Part shown: positions 19,642 through 29,048 of the stretch, one piece after another
Layout of the letters: each line of letters starts with the position of its first letter
How positions within the stretch are numbered: position 1 is the stretch's first letter
Origin: a phage
Sequence record: PV889368.1
Strand: one strand, 5' to 3'
DNA: 40,015 bases
The notes under the pieces: model-generated
What the model was told of the DNA's origin: nothing
Database searches by the model: none
The model's input: only the letters and a program-made list of their open reading frames with translations
Translations under genes and position numbers: made by a program

Positions 19642-21657
19642 ATGCACCCATGCCATGTACGCAAAGTCACCTTCCCAGCCGTGAACATACCCTGCCTCTT
19701 CGAGCATACGTTCAGTCTCCACAATCCAGTGCTTACAGACTACCGCACCATCACCTTGAAGTAAGGCGTTCAGTGCTGAGTGTGGAGACCGGATGTGGAT
19801 ACGGCGACCATCAAGTCCACGCAACCAACGGCGCTTCCACTTGACGATATTCTCACCGTCCACCCACTTAGAGTCCGAGATTAACGTATTACTCACAGCT
19901 TCCCTGAGGTCCTTGATGGCTGGTGTACCCTCAATGAATTTCTTCATGAGAGCTGAACCTTCCTTCTTACCACCTCCTACTATCAGTCCAATCTTAGCGG
20001 CCCCTGCACCATACAGGAACGCATAGATGAACGTCTTAGCGTTGTTACGGAAAGCCTCATGGTCGTGGTTAGACTTATCGCGTGGGACGTTAGGTGCTAA
20101 CCCAGCGTTTACTGCGTTGGCCCAGTGGATGTCACCTTCGACCACAGTCTTCGCATAGTCACCACCATCAAACGGAGCCGCTCGGTTCCCCAGACAACGA
20201 AGCTCAAGACCTGAGGCATCCACACCCACTTGAATCCAAGGGTCTGGCTTACCATCCGTCTTGTTCCAAGCTGCACCGAAAGCACCACGGCAAGTCTCAC
20301 CATATGGAGCACCGTTAGCCGGGACCTGAGCCATGTTTGGTGCGCTATGAGTCGCACGTCCGGTTACTGCCCCGCATGGGTTGATTGAACCGTGCATACG
20401 TCCGTCTGGACCTACAAGTTTCAACCATGCGTTCTTACCTTCAGCCGCCTGACCGATTCGCTTCTGTACTACCAGATACTCACGGACCAGCTCTACGCAA
20501 GCCTGAGCCTCTGCGTCTGGTAGCTTAACGTGTTCTAACGTCTCGTCATCGACTACAGGTTTCCCGGTGTCAGTGAAGTCAACAGGCTCCCAGCCACGCT
20601 CCATCAAGACTTTTGCCAAGTGGTCTCCGCTTCCCGGATTAAACTCAACGTAAATGATTGGCGTGAATGGTGCTCCCTCCATCGTGTCTCGCGTATCGAG
20701 TTCACAAGGTTCAAGACCTAAGCGTTGAGCTTTGTTCTTCGGCTTCTTAAATATGCCACCGACCTTAGGATACACGACTCGCGGATACTTCGGAAGGTCC
20801 TTACCTGTCCGTGGATGCCTGAAGAACTCCTTGCCACCCTTCGGTGCGTACCAGCTACCGAAAGTCGAACGCAGCTTGTCAAGCAACTCCGCACGCTTGA
20901 CGGTGAGTTCACGATATAAGCCTTCGACCATCTCGGTGTTCATCGGATAGCCATTACGTTCCATCTTCGCACAGGTCCACGCAGCATCATGTTCCAGACG
21001 CAACGCATAAATCTGGTCGAAAGCGAACTGTTCAGACTGGAAGTAATACTTGTCAGTCAGGAACTTCTTGAACAACGCCAGTGTGACCACAACGTCTTGA
21101 ACGTTATAGTCCAGCATCTCCTGAGACGGGAACAACCATTCGTCCCCAGCCTTATATTCGATACCTTCAGCCTTGCACTTGGCAATGTAATCGTGTTTGT
21201 ACTCACCTTTCATCTCACCGAGACGATAACCCCAAGCCTCAAGAGATTGACGTCCCATCATATTAGGTGGCAGACGACCAGCTTTCACCGCGCCCATGTC
21301 GGAGAACTTAATGTTTGGATACATCAAGCGGCCCAGCACCAAGGTATCAATCATCTTGTGTTTCGGGAAGTTAAAGCGTTTCCCAAAGTACAGACGCTTC
21401 AGCTTGTCAATAGCCGGGACGTCGTAGTTGATACCGTTGTGGAATACCAGCATACCATCAGGTGATGCGGCAATCTCTTCCACCTTCTGCACATACTCTT
21501 TGAAGCCCCCGACGATACCGACCATCGGAGCTACCCCATACTTAAGGGTCTCATTCGACTCGGCGTTAATCAGGACCCCACAGTGGAACTGGGATACTGT
21601 ATCAAGGAGACCGTTTGTCTCGATGTCAGAACCCCAGATACTCTTAAGGTCAAACAT
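19642..21657 (-). CDS. DNA polymerase gp5, exon 1 (672 aa)
   Basis: Start moved to ATG 21657 (GGAGGA RBS); GSDIETNGLL, FHNG..YDVPA, EAWGYRLGEMKGEYK, GRATHSAPNMAQVP, GLELRCL, NAKTFIYAFLYGAG and GDFAYMAWVH match T7 gp5; TAA follows WVH where T7 continues. Confidence 0.92.
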
Positions 21658-21679
21658 GGTTAATCCTCCGTTTAGTCTA

Positions 21680-21720
21680 ATCATAAAGGCCACTCGATGT
21701 GAATGACCTTGAGTCTAGAC
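21680..21720 (-). promoter_or_regulatory. Conserved late intergenic element, copy 1 (candidate RNase III site, R4.7-like position)
   Basis: Plus strand aatcataaaggccac-N-gaatgaccttgagtcta; near-identical copies at 28685..28727 and 38668..38715. Confidence 0.4.
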
Positions 21721-23600
<1,880 letters not shown>

Positions 23601-23646
23601 TCACTCCTTAATCATAAATGCGAACAAAGGGACAGGACTCATTGTC

Positions 23647-23669
23647 CCATCCCTAAGGTGATAGTTTAG
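23647..23669 (-). promoter_or_regulatory. Phage RNAP promoter variant (phi4-like)
   Basis: Minus strand CTAAACTATCACCTTAGGGATGGG; differs from the consensus at two positions. Confidence 0.6.
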
Positions 23670-23881
23670 GCTTTGAAGAACTGAGCCAATTGGTCAGCTT
23701 TGGTGTCAGCTTGACGTGCCTTCATGCCAGCTTCCAGTGACGCGATGGTCAGCTTGTCAGCCAGAGCAGCAGCATCAGCCGCACCATCAGCAGTCTTCTT
23801 TTCTACCTTTCGTTCCAGTACCGCAGCACGACGATAACCACGCACCACCAGACGACCAAGAAATTCGATAAGTTTAATCAC
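23666..23881 (-). CDS. Hypothetical protein (71 aa) in the gene 3.8 position
   Basis: The ORF track entry 23666..23971 overlaps lysozyme by 66 nt; trimmed to GTG 23881 with AAGGAG RBS 9 nt upstream. Confidence 0.45.
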   Translation of the reverse strand: MIKLIEFLGRLVVRGYRRAAVLERKVEKKTADGAADAAALADKLTIASLEAGMKARQADTKADQLAQFFKA

Positions 23882-23904
23882 TGAGTTGTTCTCCTTATAG
23901 TTTA

Positions 23905-24363
23905 TTAGCCTCGGTCGGAAGTGACCAGTTCGTTGGTAGTCAACCAGCGTTGCAAGTCGAAACTTGGACACGCCTTCGGTGCTATGTCATGATGTGCTTT
24001 GATTTCTGCCTGAGGATACAGGGCCTTCAGGTCAGCCAGCTTGTTGCGCAGGGAGTCCATCTGGGCTGGAGTGAAGTTAGCTTCAAACTGACCCTTAGCG
24101 TTGATTCCACCTACAAGGCAGACGCCTACAGACCGTGAGTTCCAGTCCTTAACGTGTGACCCTACGACATTTACCGGACGTCCCTCTTCCACAGTCCCAT
24201 CGCGTTTGATGATAAAGTGGTAGCCAATTGCCAGCCAGCCCTGCTGCTTATGCCACATCTCAATGGTCTCACGACCAATGTCCATAGTCGGCGGGGTCGC
24301 TGAACAGTGGACGAAGATTGCGTCTGTAGCTTGACGCGGTTTGAATTGTACCTTACTTCCCAT
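23905..24363 (-). CDS. N-acetylmuramoyl-L-alanine amidase / T7 lysozyme (gp3.5)
   Basis: VQFKPRQATDAIFVHCSAT, GYHFIIKRDGTVEEGR, GVCLVGGI, FTPAQM and C-terminal HHDIAPKACPSFDLQRW..NELVTSDRG match T7 gp3.5. Confidence 0.95.
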   Translation of the reverse strand: MGSKVQFKPRQATDAIFVHCSATPPTMDIGRETIEMWHKQQGWLAIGYHFIIKRDGTVEEGRPVNVVGSHVKDWNSRSVGVCLVGGINAKGQFEANFTPAQMDSLRNKLADLKALYPQAEIKAHHDIAPKACPSFDLQRWLTTNELVTSDRG

Positions 24364-24826
24364 TGTAAACCACCAGTTCTACTACCACCAGATTCAGATG
24401 TGACTGGAAGCGCTGTGCGTCAGTCGTGTGCATCTGGAGCAACTTATGGTTGAAGACGTGAGAGTTGCTAATCTTCACGTACACTTCGTCAGGCTTACCG
24501 TGGACGATGAACGTCTGACCTACACCAATCTTGTTGATGGTCAGGACTTCACGTTTAACGGTGACAGGAGGGACACTAGAGGCTGGCAGGACTTGAGGTT
24601 TATCCTCTACGATTTCCTCAAGATTTCTTTCTAAAACCCACGCCCCCCACATACCGTCAGGCTGAGTGTCATGACCTGCTGCTCCGTGTTTGTAGGCTCC
24701 ACGCTCAGTGGATTCCACCAGAACAAGTCCAGGTGATGGTGCAGGGTCTTTCGCACATTTCGTAACGATAGTACCTTTGGGCCACCCGTAGCCACTAACC
24801 TTAAGTCTATATTTCTGAGTCATCAT
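24353..24826 (-). CDS. Hypothetical protein (157 aa) inserted between endonuclease I and lysozyme; no T7 counterpart
   Basis: ATG with AAGGAG RBS, ATGA overlap with the gp3 stop and overlap with the gp3.5 start, i.e. tightly embedded in the operon. Confidence 0.6.
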   Translation of the reverse strand: MMTQKYRLKVSGYGWPKGTIVTKCAKDPAPSPGLVLVESTERGAYKHGAAGHDTQPDGMWGAWVLERNLEEIVEDKPQVLPASSVPPVTVKREVLTINKIGVGQTFIVHGKPDEVYVKISNSHVFNHKLLQMHTTDAQRFQSHLNLVVVELVVYNGK

Positions 24827-25275
24827 TTAACTCCTTTCTTCTTGGGAATGAGTATACCTGAAGGCAGACGTACAGTCTCCTCCCGCAGCCACTCAACCGG
24901 GATGAACTTATCGGCATACTTATAGCCGTTCTTTTCGCACCATGCGCCATACGTGGTCGGAGACCCTTTGTATAGCTTGGAGCGGGAACTTGAGAACACG
25001 AACCGAATGTCTAACTCGGGGTGCTGTTCTCGTACCAGAAGGTGCTTCTTCCTGTCATCTGAGTCGAAGATACCTTTGGTCTCCACGATGATACCGTTAG
25101 GAAGGATAAAGTCTGGTGTGTACTTGTGGTCGGAAGCCGGAATCACATAGTTGATATAATGGCTTTCGTACTCCGCTTTGACGCCGTTCTGTTCCAGCCA
25201 CTGCTGGTTCTTGGCTTCAAGTCCAGAGCGGTAGGCACCCACAGAGTGCCCCCGTTTTGCAGACCATTGGGCCAT
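24823..25275 (-). CDS. Endonuclease I (gp3), Holliday junction resolvase
   Basis: VGAYRSGLE, YVIPASDHKYTPDF, LPNGIIVETKG, SDDRKKHLLVREQHPELDIRFVFSSSRSKLYKGSPTTYG match T7 gp3. Confidence 0.95.
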   Translation of the reverse strand: MAQWSAKRGHSVGAYRSGLEAKNQQWLEQNGVKAEYESHYINYVIPASDHKYTPDFILPNGIIVETKGIFDSDDRKKHLLVREQHPELDIRFVFSSSRSKLYKGSPTTYGAWCEKNGYKYADKFIPVEWLREETVRLPSGILIPKKKGVK

Positions 25276-25973
25276 TAGAAGTCGTAATCGCCACCAGAGT
25301 TGGAGTCGTCACCGCCTTCGGAACCATCGTCACCAAAGTCATCAGACCCGAAGTCACCATCGGTTGACGCTTTGTAGCCAGTACCGAGGTCTTCATCATC
25401 ACCCCAGCCGCCATCGCCACCAGCACCATCACCTTTCCACTCCTTCAGTTCTACCAGAAGGCAGGACTCAAGCTGGAGCTTAACGCTTGCACCAGTCGCA
25501 GCGTTCCACTTGAACGGCAGGACTTTAAACTTGACCTTCAGTTTGGAGCCAGCGCCAATATTCGGGACGTCACGGATTAACTTAGCATCGGTGTCGTAGA
25601 ACCGTAATATGATAGGCTCTGACTTACCATCCTTCAGGTAAGACGCGAAGCATTTAAACTTCAGGGTAACAGTACCATCACCATTCTCAATCCACGGCAT
25701 ATCGCCTTCTCGTGGTTCAATAGGCTTCTTGCCACGCTGAACCTGAGGTGGGTTCTTCTCGTGGTCTGCGAGTGCTTTCGCATACGCATCGTCGTGAATC
25801 TTCTGTAAGACATCAATCATCTTACGGACCTTCGGGTTGCTCAGGTCGAATGTCAGGTTAACCTTATGCTCACCACGCTCGTTAAACTTGGTGTCTGCTT
25901 TGTTCAGCCATGCGTAAGGCTCAACGATACCAGCTACCGGAGTGGTGAAAGTCTTCAGTTGCTCTTTAGCCAT
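25275..25973 (-). CDS. ssDNA-binding protein (gp2.5)
   Basis: EPYAWL, NPPQVQRGKKP, EGDMPW, NGDGT, GAGSKLKVKFKVLPFKWNAATGASVKLQLES and acidic C-terminus ending DYDF match T7 gp2.5. Confidence 0.95.
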   Translation of the reverse strand: MAKEQLKTFTTPVAGIVEPYAWLNKADTKFNERGEHKVNLTFDLSNPKVRKMIDVLQKIHDDAYAKALADHEKNPPQVQRGKKPIEPREGDMPWIENGDGTVTLKFKCFASYLKDGKSEPIILRFYDTDAKLIRDVPNIGAGSKLKVKFKVLPFKWNAATGASVKLQLESCLLVELKEWKGDGAGGDGGWGDDEDLGTGYKASTDGDFGSDDFGDDGSEGGDDSNSGGDYDF

Positions 25974-26013
25974 CGGTGTAAATCTCCTAATTTAAAAGTT
26001 ACGAACTGGACGT

Positions 26014-26036
26014 CTGTCCTACAGTGATAGTTTAGG
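26014..26036 (-). promoter_or_regulatory. Phage RNAP promoter variant (phi2.5-like)
   Basis: Minus strand CTAAACTATCACTGTAGGACAG. Confidence 0.65.
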
Positions 26037-26190
26037 CCTCAGGACGAATCCGTCCGACAACAAAACCAGCGTCCTCATACTCTTGGGACTTCAGGGTAGC
26101 CTCTTCAAGAGACTTTGCGTACACCGGAACCTCGAAGGACTGAACGCGACCCTCAAGCTCCACGATGTATTTCTTCTCAACCTCAGTCAT
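26032..26190 (-). CDS. gp2-like inhibitor of host RNA polymerase (52 aa)
   Basis: Not in the ORF track (<60 aa); ATG 26190 with AAGGAG RBS; [16 protein letters not shown]...[10 protein letters not shown] resembles T7 gp2 SFEVPIYAETLDEALE...AGFEVTRVRP. Confidence 0.7.
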   Translation of the reverse strand: MTEVEKKYIVELEGRVQSFEVPVYAKSLEEATLKSQEYEDAGFVVGRIRPEA

Positions 26191-26268
26191 AAACCGCGCT
26201 CCTTCCATAAGTTGTAGAGCTGAAGGTAATCGACGTTACCTGTCTCCTCAAATTTACGCTCGCACCAC

Positions 26269-26709
26269 TCACTTGGGAGCATAGCACTTACCTTTATGTA
26301 GGTCGAACAGCTCCTGATAGAAGGCTGCTTTGTTCAGGTCCTTCTCCATAGTGGCCAGCTCGGACTTCTTACCAGCTCGGAGTCGATACTTCAGGACGTT
26401 ACCCATGCAGAAGCCACGGAACTCAATGACAGTCATGGACCGGGCGATAATCTCAATGGATTCCACACCATCAAAGACCTGATAGTGGGACGGCTTGCGT
26501 ACACCATCGTCACGGACTTCTGGTTTATCCTGAACACGATTGGTGATAATTAGTGCGGCTTTACCGTGTCTAACTGGCTGCATAATCCCCGGCCATTCCA
26601 CCTCTACTGAGTCATCTGATGTACATACGCTAAGAACCTTACCATCACAGCGGCCACTAAATTGACCATGAGTCCCAACGTAGCGCACAACATCCCCGAC
26701 CTTAATCAT
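26269..26709 (-). CDS. gp1.7-like nucleotide kinase
   Basis: C-terminal KPSHYQVFDGVESIEIIARSMTVIEFRGFCMGNVLKYRLRAGKKSELA..EKDLNKAAFYQELFDLHKGKCYA matches T7 gp1.7; N-terminal part differs. Confidence 0.85.
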   Translation of the reverse strand: MIKVGDVVRYVGTHGQFSGRCDGKVLSVCTSDDSVEVEWPGIMQPVRHGKAALIITNRVQDKPEVRDDGVRKPSHYQVFDGVESIEIIARSMTVIEFRGFCMGNVLKYRLRAGKKSELATMEKDLNKAAFYQELFDLHKGKCYAPK

Positions 26710-26962
26710 TGAACACCTCCTTCACGAACTCAACGAACAGACGAACGCGAGGCCACTTGGTGTAGACCACAGGTACGTTGGTCTCACGCTTCTGGCGAGC
26801 CTCTTCAGCTTTGCCAGGAGTAATCAGAGCGAAGACTGTAGGTGACAGCTTAACGGCCTTCCCGAAGTAGCCCAGCTTCTCGTTGCGCTTAATGCAAGCG
26901 AACGGGTTGTTGGACAGGTGGAATGTACTGGTATAACGATTGAACATTAAGTTCTTAAACAT
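26702..26962 (-). CDS. gp1.6-position protein (86 aa)
   Basis: ATG with AAGGAGG RBS downstream of a phage promoter; positional. Confidence 0.45.
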   Translation of the reverse strand: MFKNLMFNRYTSTFHLSNNPFACIKRNEKLGYFGKAVKLSPTVFALITPGKAEEARQKRETNVPVVYTKWPRVRLFVEFVKEVFND

Positions 26963-26989
26963 GTCGGCCTCCTTAGGTCGAATTTATGG

Positions 26990-27012
26990 TTGTCCTATAG
27001 TGATAGCTTAGG
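26990..27012 (-). promoter_or_regulatory. Phage RNAP promoter (phi1.5/1.6-like)
   Basis: Minus strand CTAAGCTATCACTATAGGACAACC. Confidence 0.7.
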
Positions 27013-27049
27013 GTCAGACTGATGGCCCAGACGATAGCTTGCTAGCATA

Positions 27050-27083
27050 AGCAAAGAAACCCAGCAGTCCGAAGACCACTGGG
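27050..27083 (-). terminator. Intrinsic terminator (TE-like) for host RNAP after the ligase gene
   Basis: Minus strand CCCAGUGGUC-UUCG-GACUGCUGGG (10-bp stem, UUCG loop) followed by UUUCUUUGCUU; same position as T7 TE. Confidence 0.75.
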
Positions 27084-27094
27084 TTGACGTCTAG

Positions 27095-28159
27095 TTAGCT
27101 CTTAACGGTTGGATTGTCTTCCGTTCCACGCCAGCACTTGAAGCTAGGGTGACGTAGTGATCCATCCGGGAAGCGCTCCATGAATAGGACTTCCACCTGA
27201 TTACCCGCAAACGGGTTTCCATAAATAGTGCTTGAGCATAACCCCTTACGCCAGTTTAGAACGGAAGCGGTGAACTCATCCTTCTGCTCCTCAGTAAGAC
27301 CGCAGGCGTTAACCACCATGCCGTCTTCCAAGAGAACCTCGAAGCCAATGACCTTACCTTCGTTGGCCTTACCCGGAGTCCCCCACACGAGGCCGCACAC
27401 TGTCCCGTCGATGGTCTCCTCAGGCTTCATTTTCCACATGCCAGACTTCTTGCCACGCTTGTATTTGCCAAGCGGGTCCTTGACTACCAGACCCTCGTGT
27501 CCTTCCAGACGCTTCTGTTCGTACAGGGAGTTGAGCGACTCAAGGTCATAGACCGTGTGTGACTCAGACAGAACCCAGTCGATTTCCGGGAAGTATTTCT
27601 GGAGGAGAGGGACGATAGCTTCTGCCTTCAGGCGTGTGACGCTATGGATAGGACCTTCGGCTTTCGGGTCAAGGATGACGTTAAGGTCGATGACCCCGTA
27701 TACGACAACTTTGATGAACCTCTGGTCCAGACAGAATGGTAGCTTCTCTTTCTTCCTGTCCTTACCCCAGTGCTCACCAGTTGAAAACTCAAAGTTCTTT
27801 TGCTTCAACCACTTCGTTCGGATGAGACCTGAGGAGGTGTTGAAATCCACACCTTTGATCATGACCTCGCCATCGATCATCAGGCCGATACCTTCATAGC
27901 CAGCTTTACGAAGGAACCACCGCCAGTCAGCCTGAGTCCATGCATTGCCTAACTCAGAGTTCATCCACTCCAGTGCTGGAAGTGGTTTAGACTCACGGCT
28001 TAACCAATAAGTCTCACCCTCTCGCAGCACTAGAAGGTTCAACCGGACACCATCGTACTTCACTTCAGCTTCGAGAGACCCGGCAGCATCCAGTGCCTTC
28101 TTAACGCCAGCCTCAGAGTAATCTACAGCGCGGTGCGGGTTAGTTTTAATAGTTGTCAT
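27095..28159 (-). CDS. ATP-dependent DNA ligase (gp1.3)
   Basis: IKTNP, adenylation motif KYDGVR, WLSR.SK..PALE, DGE.MIKGVDFNTSSGL.RTKW, EGHEGLVVKDP, YKRGKKSGMWKMKPE, GKVIGFEVLLE and PDGSLRHPSF match T7 ligase. Confidence 0.95.
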   Translation of the reverse strand: MTTIKTNPHRAVDYSEAGVKKALDAAGSLEAEVKYDGVRLNLLVLREGETYWLSRESKPLPALEWMNSELGNAWTQADWRWFLRKAGYEGIGLMIDGEVMIKGVDFNTSSGLIRTKWLKQKNFEFSTGEHWGKDRKKEKLPFCLDQRFIKVVVYGVIDLNVILDPKAEGPIHSVTRLKAEAIVPLLQKYFPEIDWVLSESHTVYDLESLNSLYEQKRLEGHEGLVVKDPLGKYKRGKKSGMWKMKPEETIDGTVCGLVWGTPGKANEGKVIGFEVLLEDGMVVNACGLTEEQKDEFTASVLNWRKGLCSSTIYGNPFAGNQVEVLFMERFPDGSLRHPSFKCWRGTEDNPTVKS

Positions 28160-28176
28160 CGTTAGTGTCTCCAGAA

Positions 28177-28464
28177 TTAAAGGAATCGACCAGTGTAGTC
28201 GTTGAACTGTTTGTTAAACCAAGTGGCAACCGCTACTGTCTGCACATCTTCGTCATGAATATTCGGGTACTCCGTGAAGTCCTTCTCGATGAGGACCTCT
28301 TGCGTATGACTGTGGACGATAACCGCCCGGACGCAGTTCCTGTTCATCACCGGGTCAAACCAAGTGCTGACCTCTGCATTGTAGCCCGTCTCGGTCTGCC
28401 AGTTGTGGATGGCTGTACGCAGAGTGTTCATGTTGCCACTATGCGCTCTTGAGAACATGCCCAT
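28177..28464 (-). CDS. gp1.2-like (dGTPase inhibitor family)
   Basis: Position after gp1.1; weak similarity to T7 gp1.2 including HDEDV. Confidence 0.6.
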   Translation of the reverse strand: MGMFSRAHSGNMNTLRTAIHNWQTETGYNAEVSTWFDPVMNRNCVRAVIVHSHTQEVLIEKDFTEYPNIHDEDVQTVAVATWFNKQFNDYTGRFL

Positions 28465-28466
28465 GT

Positions 28467-28646
28467 TTACGCTCCTACGAAGTATTTCTCTTGGTTGACC
28501 ATAGAGTCTTTGCCTTCAGCGTTACGGAAAGCACCCTTGACACCACCGCCACGCTTGGTCTTGTTCAGCTTGCGGCCCTTCGGAATGTAATCTTCAGTCT
28601 GCTGACGTTCACGGATGCGCTCGAAGTTGATAGTGTTCTGATACAT
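28467..28646 (-). CDS. gp1.1-like small basic protein (59 aa)
   Basis: Not in the ORF track; ATG 28646 with GGAG RBS; KGRKLNKTKRG matches T7 gp1.1 KGRKLNKTKRD. Confidence 0.65.
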   Translation of the reverse strand: MYQNTINFERIRERQQTEDYIPKGRKLNKTKRGGGVKGAFRNAEGKDSMVNQEKYFVGA

Positions 28647-28684
28647 GTGGTTGAATCTCCAGTAGTTTACGTTAGGTTAGGGTT

Positions 28685-28727
28685 AATCATGAAGGCCACG
28701 ACTTTGAGTCATGACCTTGAGTCTAAT
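28685..28727 (-). promoter_or_regulatory. Conserved late intergenic element, copy 2 (candidate RNase III site, R1.1-like position)
   Basis: aatcatgaaggccac-N-catgaccttgagtctaatc; see copies at 21680 and 38668. Confidence 0.4.
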
Positions 28728-28746
28728 CCTATAGTGATAGTTTAGG
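28724..28746 (-). promoter_or_regulatory. Phage RNAP promoter (phi1.1-like)
   Basis: Minus strand CCTAAACTATCACTATAGGATTAGAC. Confidence 0.8.
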
Positions 28747-28820
28747 TTAACCTCTTCTGCGTTGGGTTAAAGTGAATACTGCGAGTGCTCCCAGCCACAG
28801 GGCCAGTAACTGTAGGTCTG

Positions 28821-29036
28821 TCATTTGGTCTGCTCCAGCTCGGACACTGCGTCTTTCAGGTATTTCTCGTGGCTAGATTCCACAAGATAGACGAGGGTCT
28901 TGAATGGGACGTTAAGCTGCTTTGACATTTCGGTAGGAATGACCGTGGTCTTCACCAGACCCTTGCCGTTGTGTTCTGTTACGGTCACGATTTGAGTCCC
29001 GCCCTTAACGCCAGCCTGCTTGTGTGCAAATTTCAT
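28821..29036 (-). CDS. Hypothetical protein (71 aa) directly after the RNAP gene; no T7 counterpart
   Basis: ATG with AGGAGAG RBS, 12 nt after the RNAP stop. Confidence 0.6.
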   Translation of the reverse strand: MKFAHKQAGVKGGTQIVTVTEHNGKGLVKTTVIPTEMSKQLNVPFKTLVYLVESSHEKYLKDAVSELEQTK

Positions 29037-29048
29037 AACTCTCTCCTG

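Noticed and set aside
23881-23971. 5' part of ORF 23666..23971 overlapping the lysozyme gene by 66 nt
   Set aside because: A GTG with AAGGAG RBS just after the lysozyme stop gives a non-overlapping 71-aa product; the longer form is unlikely
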